A stretch of DNA of 64,000 nucleotides from Paramoeba atlantica (lineage: Eukaryota > Protista > Discosea). The DNA is taken from NCBI GenBank assembly GCA_977017575.1, contig CDRNVI010000030.1:1-64000 (forward strand), in the 5' to 3' direction. Below are positions 34,233 to 45,300 of this stretch, piece after piece (within the stretch, counting starts at the first letter, position 1; each line of letters begins with the position of its first letter). The notes under the pieces are model-generated. The model ran no database searches, was not told the DNA's origin, and saw only the letters and a list, made by a program, of their open reading frames with translations. The position numbers and the translations under genes were made by a program.

Positions 34233-34903
34233 AACCGGGGGGCGGATTAATATCAAAGTTCGGATTATTATCACATTTCGTATTATTATCACAATTGTGG
34301 ATTATTATCACAATTGGCACATTATTATCACAATTGCGGATTATTATCACAATTGGCACATTATTATCACAATTGCGGATTATTATCACATTTCACATTA
34401 TTATCACAATTGGGTTTCTCAAGGAGCTTCATGGAAAGAATGACCCTACCGAGTCATACAATGTACGTTGCAGATTGCATTTGATTCAAAAGAAATGTGG
34501 TGCATGATATGCCTTGTCGGTTGAAGAAGACAAAGAATGTTTCTTGGTGAAAAACCTCGAGAGAGCACCGACCGTTTCGATTTTAAGAGTGATCTTGAAC
34601 AAATGAAAAGAATTCTCAGGAATTATCAAGCGCTTCTTCGAAAAGAGATTTTGGTCAAACAAATTGGATTACACAGTAGAACCTATGGGGCGCTTCGTTC
34701 GAAGTACGGAAAACGAATATCTACGTCGGAGTTTTCTGTTGATTACGAAAAAAGGTTTTGGTACTTCATTTTTCAATTGTGATAATAACCTGCTTGCACA
34801 TTTTTATCACAATTGGGCGTCTTGCACATTATTATCACAGTTTGATAGCGCTATCAAAGTGTGATAAGCCCATCACACTTTGGTAATAATATGCACCCCG
34901 GTT
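34233..34903. mobile_element. 671-bp TA-flanked MITE with a TTATCAC minisatellite
   Basis: TA|AACCGGGG ... CCCCGGTT|TA; about 8 ATTATTATCACA units at 34264-34410 and more at 34780-34870. Confidence 0.65.
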
Positions 34904-35246
34904 TAGGTTTATAAATATGTAAATAATTTCCTATTTTTTACAATAGGAAAACAATGCAAATGAGAAGAACGGAGCGAAAAACCCACGTAAAATGAGAAAA
35001 CAAAAGTATACATCAGTTACATCAGTGTACTTCAATAAAAGGAAATTGCTAAGGCTAAATTACCGTACACCACCCAGTAAAGAAAGTAAAATTTTTCTCA
35101 ACGAGTGGATAGCTTTTTTGGGGGAAAATGCAGCAGGCAAATGTTTTTGTTGTCTTCTTCTGAAATGTTTTCGTTTTTCATACCTAAGGGTCTCAGAAAC
35201 CCGCACATCCAAGGGTTCCAAAAGGAAACGTCGCTAACTAGTAATC

Positions 35247-36071
35247 TCAGTAACTATGTAAATCTGTCATGGAGTCCGAGAGGGAATATGATGAACTTCC
35301 ACTTGAACTGTCGTCACTTGTCTCCTGCATTCGTTGAGGTAAATACCTCACATTCCCCGGCAATGTCACATTCGGCGCGTATGACGAAAATTGGTTGTAT
35401 CGCACATCAAGATCAAAGTTTTGGTTTTTCGATTCCAACAAATTTTTTAAATCCAGTTCCCCTTCAAGAAAATTATGATCGAGTTGTAACCGCTGCAGCG
35501 TTCCGGGAAGATTATCGAGTTGTACCGATCCGGTAAATCGATTTCCATGCAATAGGAGCACGCGAAGTGTGAGAGGCAGAGCACTGAAGTCAAGCCCCCC
35601 GTGAATATGATTTTTTTGTAATTTCAGCTCCAGTAGCGTAGGCGGCAAGTGCGTGAGATCCAGCGTCCCGGAAAAAGAGCTGTGTCCGGCCGTGAGGGAA
35701 ATCAAATTGGACGGGTACTGAATCTCTGTAATATTCCCCTGAAGGCCCCGTTGACGGACTACGTGCCCGTGATGAAGGCTTTTAGGAAGGTAGGGCCATG
35801 ATAGTGCTCCACGCAGGTAAAAGCCATAGGTGCTCGTCCATAAGAGCCGGGTGATCGTTTGGGCTTCATCACAAACTACCCCTTCCCATGTGCACACGGA
35901 TACTTTCTTCACTCGACCAAACCACCCTTTCTTCGTCGTTCTCCAACACTTAGGCTTGTTATGGATGAGCGCTACCAAACGCTCCAGCAAATCTTCCTGG
36001 GGAAGCAACAGTGAGGCGACTTTCCCTCGTCGCAGGTCGGAGCCGTCGTCAATGTTGTAAACAGTGAGCAT
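35247..36071 (-). CDS. LRR protein 7 (274 aa), subfamily B, Ser/Asp-rich tail
   Basis: IDDGSDLRRGKVASLLLPQE, CWRTTKKGWFGRVKKVSVCTWEGVVCD, LDLTHLP repeats, tail ETSDDSSSGSSSYS. Confidence 0.88.
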   Translation of the reverse strand: MLTVYNIDDGSDLRRGKVASLLLPQEDLLERLVALIHNKPKCWRTTKKGWFGRVKKVSVCTWEGVVCDEAQTITRLLWTSTYGFYLRGALSWPYLPKSLHHGHVVRQRGLQGNITEIQYPSNLISLTAGHSSFSGTLDLTHLPPTLLELKLQKNHIHGGLDFSALPLTLRVLLLHGNRFTGSVQLDNLPGTLQRLQLDHNFLEGELDLKNLLESKNQNFDLDVRYNQFSSYAPNVTLPGNVRYLPQRMQETSDDSSSGSSSYSLSDSMTDLHSY

Positions 36072-36442
36072 TACACAAAAAGTAGACTTTTTTAAAATAC
36101 CTCTTTTTCTACTCTGCTGTATATTCCATAAAAACGATTCTCCGGAGGACTAAAATACTTATTCGACTTTATAATATATACAACGTGCAAAGTATGTAAA
36201 GTTTTCACACGTACACCGAAATAAATTTAATTCACAAATAGAGACTTAATAATTTAGAAACGTTAATCAGAAATTAGTACCTAATATGCGCTTGTAAGGA
36301 CGAAACAAAGAGCTTTCTTTACATAAAACAATGCTGGGTAATGGCAGAAGAGGTTTTGAATCCTGAAGAAACCCCACTCACCATTATTCGCTTTGGACAA
36401 TTTCTCTACGAAACAGTAAGGTATTCTACTATACAGTAGAGG

Positions 36443-37363
36443 CTAGGTTAAGGACTTTAAGGTGATTTCCGTATCTCTAACGGAAACATCGGCGCTCTTT
36501 GCGGGGAGAACAGCTCTGTCTAGTTCCCCGCAAAGCCCCGCGTTTTCACTTAAATCAAGCTTTAGTAGGTTTATGGGAAGACGGTCAAACATCACAAGAC
36601 CAACGAATAGATTCTGATTGCATTCGAGAATCTTGAGTGACGGAGGTAAATGCTGTAAGTTTAGCGATCCCGTGAAACGATTAGCCGTGAGAATCAACTC
36701 TTCCATACGTTGCGGCAAACGAGTAAGATCAACTTCCCCTGAAAGCTGATTCAAATACACCTTCAAAACTCTTAAGGTTGCAGGCAAGTGTGTCAGATCC
36801 ACACATCCTTGAAACTTGTTATCGTTCAGATACAGTCCTTTGATCGCGTGAGGCAAATGCAAAAAATCCAATTCTCCTGAGAATCCATTATTAATGATCA
36901 AGAACTTAGTCATTTCAGATGGCAACACATCGAGTGGTACGCTTCCCTGAATTTTACTCCCCCGCGCACTAAAATCGCGTACGGTGTGGCATAAGTGGTC
37001 CCACTGAAGAGGTCCCTTGAGGCCCATAAACCACCATTCAATATCGGTGACGCGTAGCTCCTCATCACAGGTGACACCTATCCACTCACACGCAGGTACA
37101 GAGGAATTCCATGTGCGATGGGGATACTTTAGATCTTGAACAAAATGTGCAAGTTCATATTCCTGGGGTAATTGGGCGCCTCGTACTTTATGCGCCTTTA
37201 TGGCTTTATGTGGCGTTGCTTCCTCTCTCACGGGAGAAATGCCCTCATTTCGCTTTCGACGTTTCGCAGACCGTCCCTCGTCCTGCGTCACAGAAGAAAC
37301 AATGGAAAGTGGAGTGAGAAACATAAAAATGAAGAAAGAAGAAAAAACAAGACTGTGCTGCAT
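36443..37363 (-). CDS. LRR protein 8 (up to 306 aa), KRRKR subfamily
   Basis: Hydrophobic start, TQDEGRSAKRRKRNE, HKVRGAQLPQEY, PACEWIGVTCD, 23-aa repeats. Confidence 0.9.
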   Translation of the reverse strand: MQHSLVFSSFFIFMFLTPLSIVSSVTQDEGRSAKRRKRNEGISPVREEATPHKAIKAHKVRGAQLPQEYELAHFVQDLKYPHRTWNSSVPACEWIGVTCDEELRVTDIEWWFMGLKGPLQWDHLCHTVRDFSARGSKIQGSVPLDVLPSEMTKFLIINNGFSGELDFLHLPHAIKGLYLNDNKFQGCVDLTHLPATLRVLKVYLNQLSGEVDLTRLPQRMEELILTANRFTGSLNLQHLPPSLKILECNQNLFVGLVMFDRLPINLLKLDLSENAGLCGELDRAVLPAKSADVSVRDTEITLKSLT

Positions 37364-37900
37364 CGTTTTGATGCAGAAGCTCGGTGGAAAAAGTCAAATT
37401 GGAGAGGGCAAGTAGAGTTCTACGTTGGCTATACATTGTAGATGCATACGTACATGTCCTTACTAGAGGCTGTAGCTACAGTACAGCTCTGTCCAGAAAA
37501 TTGTCGAATTCGAGAACCCCGGCGTTCTACTTCACACGCGTACTGTCCCCCAGGTTAACCGCACCGGGGCAGATACTGGAGATCATTTTTGAACGCCCAA
37601 AGGGACTACACCCCCGCCAATTATTTTTTATAAATATAAATTATAAAACCTTTGCATTTATATTTATACAGGGCCGTTCGAGATTCACAGAGGAAAGATT
37701 TTATGATCTACGTGACTACTTTTTGATTGATCTTTTTTGTAAAGTATTCAGACATACATAGAGAAGCTGAATCAACCATTAAAACCTCTTATTCGTAGTT
37801 TTCCGACCCCTGCATTTTTTTTCATCATTTTTTTCCTCGTTTTCTTAGGACGACCAAAAAACATTTTAGACGACTTAAAAATTTCTTTTCTACTTTAACT

Positions 37901-39153
37901 ATGGAAAACCTTTACGACTCAGAATTCGAAGTGGTTTCTCCTCCTGAATCTCAACAAAGCAATGAAGACTGTACATCTAGCGACAGTTACACGTGCACAC
38001 CGAGGGCAATGATCCTGATTGGAATTCTGAGGACCTGTCCAGTGATGATTCAACAACGAGTGACACGGAACCTAGGGATTTTATGGATTATGTTACGAAT
38101 CTGCGCTCCTGCGCGGAAATTCCTAATACAGATACAAATTCTACCCATGCGGACTCTCCCAAAGAAACACCTATCCAGGAAGATTTGTCTTTTGAATATG
38201 AATTGGTCAAAGCGGTTTCAGAACTCAAGGAGTCATGCACTGCTTTCTCTCTGGTTGCTCCTCCGGACGATACAATATCCCCCTCGGGAAATCATATTTT
38301 TGAAGCGCCCTCCGTTCAGGAAACTCCTTTGATTTCCTGTGATGTGTCAATTGCGGAGCTCAATACATTGCGGCAGAAGCTTGACACTTCCATCCGCACA
38401 ACAAAAAAATTGCTCAAAGCACTTCGAAGACAAAAGTCCCACAACAAACGTCTTGCTTCCAACTGCTCCCAGCTTCAAGACGACTTGAACAAATCGAAAG
38501 AAGAAACGAAGATCATGAGTGTCAGATACGACATAGCTATGCGGGAGTGCAACGAGCTGAAGCAGAAATTAGAAATATCTACGGCCAGTAGGGAAGCAAT
38601 GGTGAGAAATCAATTGGACACGATCAAGGTGTTGCAATCTCTAAAACAGCAGCTTCCCCGCATCTTAGAGCAAAGAAGCCAGGAAGCCAGGAAAGCAGTG
38701 AACCCAAAAGGCGGAAGACCGTGGAAGAAAAGAAATTTTAATCAGTTGGGATTACCCGTCATATGGAAGGGCAAGGGTAGACTCACAAAGACTGGCGTTT
38801 TTACACTAAAAGTTTTACATTCCACGGGTTTTTTCTCTCAAGCCGATTTGTGTCACATGTTGTCGTTAAATAGTGGAACGTGCAGTGTACTCTTACGCAA
38901 AACAAATACTTTTGTTGATCAGGAAATAAAAAGTGTAGTGTACGCGCAAAATTCTTTGAAGAATTGGGAACATTTCGATAAAGCTCAAGATCTTTTCGCG
39001 ACCGTCATGGCGCAGCACAAAACTCATCGTACGTTGTCTTCGCTTCGCCGCACATTTTTCAAGGAGTCTTGCGGCGAAGTCGTACCTAGTCGATATAAAA
39101 TGCGCAGCTTATGCTACTACAACGGGTACAGTATAACGGCCCTGGATTTATAA
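37901..39153 (+). CDS. Unknown acidic / coiled-coil / putative tandem-HTH protein, likely frameshifted near 37990
   Basis: ATG at 37901 in one frame and a 386-codon ORF from 37993 in another; heptad-rich middle; C-terminal FSQADLCHMLSLNSGTCSVLL and SLRRTFF..SRYKMRSLC..NGYS are HTH-like. Confidence 0.45.
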
Positions 39154-39864
39154 TTTATAAAAATCAATTAGCGGTGGTATCGGTTGACATCCCTACTATC
39201 CGTGAGATAGCAGCACAAATGTGGAGTGGAAGATCTTGCAGACTGTGTTGACTGAGAAATACAGTGCCAGGGAAGACCGCGAGGAGGTCCCGACCTTGCT
39301 TTCCTATTTTGAGGGTGTAAAAAGCTTTCGAAGAAAGCTGATCTTACAGAAACGTATACTCCCCTGGCCAAAAATAAAGGAAAATGGATTTTGATTGATA
39401 TTTTCCTTTTTCATTTTTTTGTCCTTTCATCATGTTTATCGGTCACTTAAGTACACATTCTTCAAAATTTCTTACTTTAATTCGCATTATGGCGCCCCCG
39501 AAAAGTCGCCCGATCGAGTGTGAAGGTGGACGCTAAGCAATAACACATTATACCATAGCTGGGGATAAAGAAATTTCGGCCCGTGAAGCACAGAGTCGCA
39601 AAGAACGTTGGAATCCAATCCAGTTGGAAAAGTACGTTTCCGCATACAATGTATGTCAATCAGTGAACGACATACCTACGGCATAAAGTCGAACGAGTCG
39701 GGCAAAAACTAAGAAACCTATAAACTACCAACATTTATAGAACGATAATAAAGGAAAATAAAAAATCAAAATGAAAATGAGAAAAAGAAGTTTCCTTTTC
39801 TGGATTTTTCATTTCCTTTATTTTTGACTGGGGGAGTACGCAGAGATCATAATAAGCGCACGTC

Positions 39865-40027
39865 ATGTACTTGATCTATCTAATATTATTAAGCTAAGCC
39901 CAATTCAATGTAGACCAAAAACCAACTGAAGGACAAACTAAAGGACTTCATGCACTTGCTCTATCTAATATTAGTAAGCTAATCCCAATTCAATGTATAC
40001 AAAAAGGGTTAGCAAACTAAAGGACTG
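39865..40027. repeat. ~80-bp imperfect tandem duplication
   Basis: CATG.ACTTG.TCTATCTAATATTA.TAAGCTAA.CCCAATTCAATGTA...CAAACTAAAGGACT occurs twice. Confidence 0.7.
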
Positions 40028-40636
40028 GGCGAGGACTGCACATCCACACTGGGGTCTACTTCAAAAAATTCTGTATCGTTGCGCTCATCTTCGTGTTCAA
40101 AAACGGTATACAACTTTCAATTTTTTTTATAAATTATACAAGGAAGTATTTTTTTATAAATCTTATATTTTAATAAAAGTCGAAAAATGACCCACTTATA
40201 AAAATATATTAGCAGGGGTGTACTTGCAGACTCTCCATTGCAACAGAGTTTCAACAGAGGTGAAAATTAGTACAAAAACTCTTACCACAAAAAAATATAC
40301 TGATACAGTTCTTCTGAACAATGCGTCAAAATTGCGCGTAAGTGGGCAGGTAAAACGGTTGCGCCTGAGTAGCGGGGGGTATAGTAATGTAACTCTTCTG
40401 TTTATGTCGATATTCGGGTTTAAGCGCACTTTTCACGAAAGTGCGGTCAAACGGGGGAGGGGACAACAACGAAACCCATTTTCGAAAACCAAAGGCTATT
40501 CTCAAGTCAATAAAAAGATTGAAAATCAACTGAAAAAAAGATTATAATGAGCTCTTCCAAAACAATAAAAAAACAAATCTTTACCTCCCATTCTCGAGTC
40601 TCTATATCCATGCATCTGTGAAAAGAGGAAAACTCT

Positions 40637-41284
40637 TCACTCCTCGTCCAGGCAGAGGTTGGTATATCCCCAAGGCTCCCCGTTCAACACCGTAATCTGT
40701 GTGCGTCGAACATCATAGTAGAGATCGGAGTACAATCTCGCATTCAACACACCGTTGAGATCACCGTTTCTCGATAACAGCAACTCGTTCAGAGTGGATG
40801 GAAGTCTCGACAAGTCAACAGTTCCCGAAAAATTGTTCTCTTCCATGTTCAAATATTCCATCGAGCACGGAAGACACGTAAGATTTAGATGACCACTTAA
40901 CTCGTTATCCGAAACCCAAAAGTGTGTAGTGGTGGAGGGCAACGCTTCGAAGGGAACCTCACCATGGAGCCTGGTACGCCATGCATGTACCGTGGCTACA
41001 CGCGATGGGAGATATCTCCAAATCAATTCCCCTTTTAAGCAACGGGCACCCCAACGAATTTGTTCCACGTATTTTTCGAAGGGGTAACACTCAATGCCGT
41101 CCCACTCACACGCAGGGGTGTCAATGTTCCAGCTTGAGTGGATTTTTTCGATTTTTTCAACAAGTCTTGCTAAATCGTATTCCTCGGGTAGCGCAACGGA
41201 AGTCACTTTTGATGGACGAGATGGACGCGTAGCTGGCACATCTGAGGAACGTAACACACCAGTGAAGGCACTGATGGGAAACAT
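40637..41284 (-). CDS. LRR protein 9 (215 aa, short)
   Basis: RPSRPSKVTSVALPEEY, SWNIDTPACEWDGIECY, about four repeats. Confidence 0.88.
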   Translation of the reverse strand: MFPISAFTGVLRSSDVPATRPSRPSKVTSVALPEEYDLARLVEKIEKIHSSWNIDTPACEWDGIECYPFEKYVEQIRWGARCLKGELIWRYLPSRVATVHAWRTRLHGEVPFEALPSTTTHFWVSDNELSGHLNLTCLPCSMEYLNMEENNFSGTVDLSRLPSTLNELLLSRNGDLNGVLNARLYSDLYYDVRRTQITVLNGEPWGYTNLCLDEE

Positions 41285-41794
41285 GAGTAAAGCGGAAAAT
41301 CACAAAAAAGCGGAGTGCTGTGAAACCAAAGCTACTTTATTAGAACTCGATTTGATTTTTATAAGTTTATATTTTTTTTCTATACAATTGTTTATAAAAT
41401 TAAAAGCCTTTAGAAAACAGAAACTGGAGTTTATACACATACTGTAGCTATTGAGAACCATTCTGAAACCGCGCGAAACTTGGCCACGCGCAAACCTTCT
41501 CCCATTTGAATGTGACTGACTGTTTTCAAAATTCTCGTTCGAAATATGGAAAATGAATATCTACATCTCAATTTTCTAGAAACTACGATAAATAGTTTCT
41601 TAAAATATTTTTCTGTACTGATAACAACCTGCTTGTACATTATTCGTAAACCTGAAATTGAACCTCAAAAAACTTACCTTATAGGAGACACTTCTCCTTC
41701 AGAGTTCGCCGATTTTCACTACGAGTTTTTCACAACTAAGCCTGTTCGTTAATTAATGAAATCAGAGTTCCGACGAAAGTACTAAAATTCAAGT

Positions 41795-42625
41795 TTATAT
41801 TTGGACACATTTTGGAATTGACGAGGATTTCACATCCAAAGTACCTTTATTTCCACTCAGACCTAAATGATACATACCTGAAGGCAATGCATCAAACCAC
41901 ACTTTCCCCGTAAATGCGTTGTCCGCAAGAGAGAGCGTATGTAATGCGTGCGGAAGATTTCGAAGCACCAACTTACCATCAAGCCTATTCTGTGACAGGT
42001 ATAACTCTTCAAGTTGGTTTGGAAGATTTGTTAAATCCACGCTCCCTACGAATTGGTTTCCTTGAAGATAGAGCTTGAGTAGCGCTCCGGGCAACAAAGT
42101 CAAATCCAATTTTCCCGAAAAATAGTTACAAGACAAAAGAAACACTTTCAAAGAAGGAGGAAGTCCCGTCAGGTCAAGCTCACCGGAAAACTTTGTAGAT
42201 GCTGACCAAAATTCTTCAAACGCTTGGGGTAGGGATCCAGTATCAAACGGTCCATGAAAGGAGTTGTATGAGATGTTTAAATTAATGAGCGTGGGGGGAA
42301 GTTCACAAACCCGAAAATATCCGTCAAGTTTATTACCTCCGATACGAACACTACACACCGTGTGGGGTAGGCTACCCCAGGTTAGATTACCCTTGAGTCC
42401 CTTGGACAAAAAGTCGATGTTTATGACTTCGTCGTCGAAATTACAAATGACACCATCCCATAAACATACCTGTGTTTTATTCTTGGTAATGACAAACCTC
42501 TTCTCCAGGTTCTCAATAAATTGTGCCATTAGCATGTCCTGCGAGAGGATGGCTCCTCGCACTTTACCCAGACGTGCTCGAGTGTGGGGTGAATCTGCAA
42601 ATTGCACTAGAGAAGACGTCGACAT
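41795..42625 (-). CDS. LRR protein 10 (276 aa)
   Basis: FADSPHTRARLGKVRGAILSQDMLM, VCLWDGVICN, LDLTGLP/LDLTLLP repeats. Confidence 0.9.
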   Translation of the reverse strand: MSTSSLVQFADSPHTRARLGKVRGAILSQDMLMAQFIENLEKRFVITKNKTQVCLWDGVICNFDDEVINIDFLSKGLKGNLTWGSLPHTVCSVRIGGNKLDGYFRVCELPPTLINLNISYNSFHGPFDTGSLPQAFEEFWSASTKFSGELDLTGLPPSLKVFLLSCNYFSGKLDLTLLPGALLKLYLQGNQFVGSVDLTNLPNQLEELYLSQNRLDGKLVLRNLPHALHTLSLADNAFTGKVWFDALPSGMYHLGLSGNKGTLDVKSSSIPKCVQI

Positions 42626-42718
42626 TTAATAAAGAATACTGATGTTGACGTGCGTTATGTTATAAAGATAGAGACGGACACGTTGTTACCGACAGATATA
42701 CATAGTGTAGTACGCATA

Positions 42719-42830
42719 CAGGGGGGTGCAGCTAAATCTGGGGGGGTCTAAAATCTGTAAAACTTGGCGAATTTTAGAAAATGATAGTGCATTAGAGTCG
42801 TAATGCACTATCATTTTCTCGTAAGTCCCT
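42719..42830. repeat. Solo left TIR of the CAGGGG family with an 18-bp perfect hairpin
   Basis: TA|CAGGGGGGTGCAGCTAAATCTGGGGGGGTCTAAAA; GAAAATGATAGTGCATTA-GAGTCG-TAATGCACTATCATTTTC. Confidence 0.7.
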
Positions 42831-43666
42831 CTGGTGGAAAATGCGTCGTTTCCTGTTTTAAGCCTTACCTTTTTTATAACGAAAATACAGAAAAAGAACT
42901 GGCAAAAGGCATTTCTTGCATTATTTTGTTCACTTTCAATAATCGAGGGTAGAGCGGTAGTTATTAAAAGCACAATGAGTGAACTTCTAAAAAGTTGGTC
43001 CGCCGACTCACAAGATCTTTCTCAACAGAAAACGTCTGGTCTATGGTCTAAGAGGCAGTGGACGAACATACCCCATCGGATAAGCCTTCACTCATCCGAT
43101 GTGAACGCAAAACCTGGTCTTGTTTATCTCAAAATGTGATCCGCAATACCGTCTTAAATTTTGACTCACGCCTTAATAAGTGTATAAGATTGAAAGGCGA
43201 AAAAGTGACAAAATGGTAATTCTTCTCTAAAATATACGTATTCGCTTCTCTTTGTTTCGTTTCTTCACGCGCAAAGTCTTTGCGTTGAGATCTGCAAAAT
43301 GGAACAAAAATCAGCTCAAACGGACGCTTGTACGAAAAAAAAGTGTGGGGTCACTTTTCATGACGCGGGGTTTATATTTTTTTTTCTATTATAGTACTGT
43401 GTTCCTCTTTATTTTCACTGTTTTTGTTCACCTTTTTTTTCAATAATCGAGGGTAGAGCGGTAGTTATACAACCACCGCAGTTACTAGAACTAAAAAAAT
43501 AGTAATTAGAGGGTTGAAACCTTCCCAGGCGCTCCCACCCAGCCTGAGTCCTCTCACTAGTACAACAGATATAGAAATTTTCAATACAACGAAACAGGCA
43601 AAGATTCATTTGTTGACCCGAAATTTCAATTGTAAGGTTTAATAATTAGAATTAAAGATTAAAGTT

Positions 43667-44497
43667 TTAATCGATTTTTGGAGTAAAATTTGATGAAATT
43701 TTAGTACCACCCACACCCAAGTTCTTCAGCGCGATTGGGAGAGTCAACTTTTCTGCTGTACCGCATAATTCAGCGTTGGCTTCTAAATTAAGGGTACTTA
43801 AGCTGATAGGAAGGCGGTTGAACATCACAAGGCCACTGAACTGATTTCTGTGACAGTTCAAAATTTGGAGTGATGAAGGCAAGTGCTGTAAGTCGAGAGG
43901 CCCTGTAAAACAGTTTTGCGATAGATTTACATGCGTCATTAGGCGTGGTAAGCGAGTAAGATCAAGATCCCCAGAAAACTGATTGTACTGTACCTGCAAA
44001 ACTTTCAAACTCAAAGGCAAGTGCTTAAAATCTACACATCCCTTAAACTTGTTGTCGCTGAAGAAGAGGTCTATCATTTCACCGGGCAAATGTGACCAAT
44101 CCAATTCTCCTGAGAAACCATTAGTAGAGAGATCAAATCTTACGATTTGAGATGGCAGAGCACCGAGTAAGACATTTCCTCTCAATTGGTTCAACCACGC
44201 ACGAAATTCGAGTACTGTGTGGCACAGATAGTTCCATTGAAGCGACCCTTTCATATTCATACCGTTCCAATTTATCCATATTACGTGTAATTCTTCATCA
44301 CAAGTTACATGTTCCCAATCACACGCGGGCGTGGAAGCATTCCATGATGGATGCGGATTCTCAATGTTTTGTACGAAGCGTGTGAGTTCATATTCTTGCG
44401 GTAAGTTCGCTCCTCGAACCTTACCTGGTCGCGTTTCCTGTGTGTTCGCATTCGAAGGATCCACTGTTTCGAAAAAGCAAAGCAACATGAAAGTCAT
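43667..44497 (-). CDS. LRR protein 11 (276 aa)
   Basis: RPGKVRGANLPQEYEL, SWNASTPACDWEHVTCD, 23-aa repeats, GTKI end. Confidence 0.9.
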   Translation of the reverse strand: MTFMLLCFFETVDPSNANTQETRPGKVRGANLPQEYELTRFVQNIENPHPSWNASTPACDWEHVTCDEELHVIWINWNGMNMKGSLQWNYLCHTVLEFRAWLNQLRGNVLLGALPSQIVRFDLSTNGFSGELDWSHLPGEMIDLFFSDNKFKGCVDFKHLPLSLKVLQVQYNQFSGDLDLTRLPRLMTHVNLSQNCFTGPLDLQHLPSSLQILNCHRNQFSGLVMFNRLPISLSTLNLEANAELCGTAEKLTLPIALKNLGVGGTKISSNFTPKID

Positions 44498-45300
44498 CTG
44501 AGGGATACATAATTTTTAAAGTAAGTGGCACGAAATTATTTCCTTAATGAAATTAATTATTTAGAGTAACTTTTACACATATACAGAATATTAAAAGAGA
44601 TGGGTGAAAAGGGTATATTTTAGTACCAATTCTTCCGACTGACTGAAAACGACTTTATAATATTTGAGCAAATTCTAACAATTTAATAGAATCCTAGGAG
44701 AGTATTACAACCTATAAAATGTTTTTGTAAATTTAAGAACGTTTTTCTACTCGTTGGGGAAAAATTTCATTGAAAAAAAAAATTGGTACAAAACATACCC
44801 CTTTGACCAAAAGCTGGATTGCATGTACGAAAAAAAGGTGAAAATGTAAGAAAGGTGAAACAGGAAAATGCACTCTTGGATAGAAAAACGGGACAGAGAA
44901 ACGAATAGACATGTAATTACGGGACAAGTATTCCAGGAAATAGAAAAAGGGAAACATAGACGCCTATTGGATACAAGTCAATAGGTGAAGGGTCTGGCTT
45001 GCCAGTGACCATCCGAAGTCGCCCGGAGATTTGAATGCGGACCATTGGTTCGAAGAACAATGAATATGAAATAATTTCGAAGTAAAACGGAATATGGACA
45101 GATCAGAACTTTTACTATTGATTTTTACTATTGACGAAAGTTCTTCAAGTTCGTTTTCGTGCTCTTCAGTAGTAGTATTTTAGGAATCCCGAAGTGCATA
45201 TACGGATCAATAGGATCTGTAATAGTGCTTTTACTGCCAGACTTCTAAGGCCCATAGGGGTCCAACATCAATAGTGTTTTCTGCCACGCAAAGTAAACCA

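Noticed and set aside
34264-34410. Regular ~19-20-bp repeats resembling a CRISPR array
   Set aside because: No unique spacers, no cas genes, eukaryotic context; it is a minisatellite in a MITE.
43450-43462. GGTAGAGCG, resembling a tRNA D-arm/A box, in five repeat copies
   Set aside because: No downstream anticodon or T arm; it is part of the foldback terminus.
44396-44428. Apparent stem-loop and GTAAG splice-donor-like sequence in the GKVRGANLP codons (GGTAA-G-GTTCG/CGAAC-TTACC)
   Set aside because: Explained by Gly-Lys...Leu-Pro codons; pairing is not kept in most paralogs and the frame is open.
45025-45051. GDLNADHW, resembling the GDFNAxH motif of retrotransposon AP endonucleases
   Set aside because: Only about 9 codons with no supporting motifs nearby.
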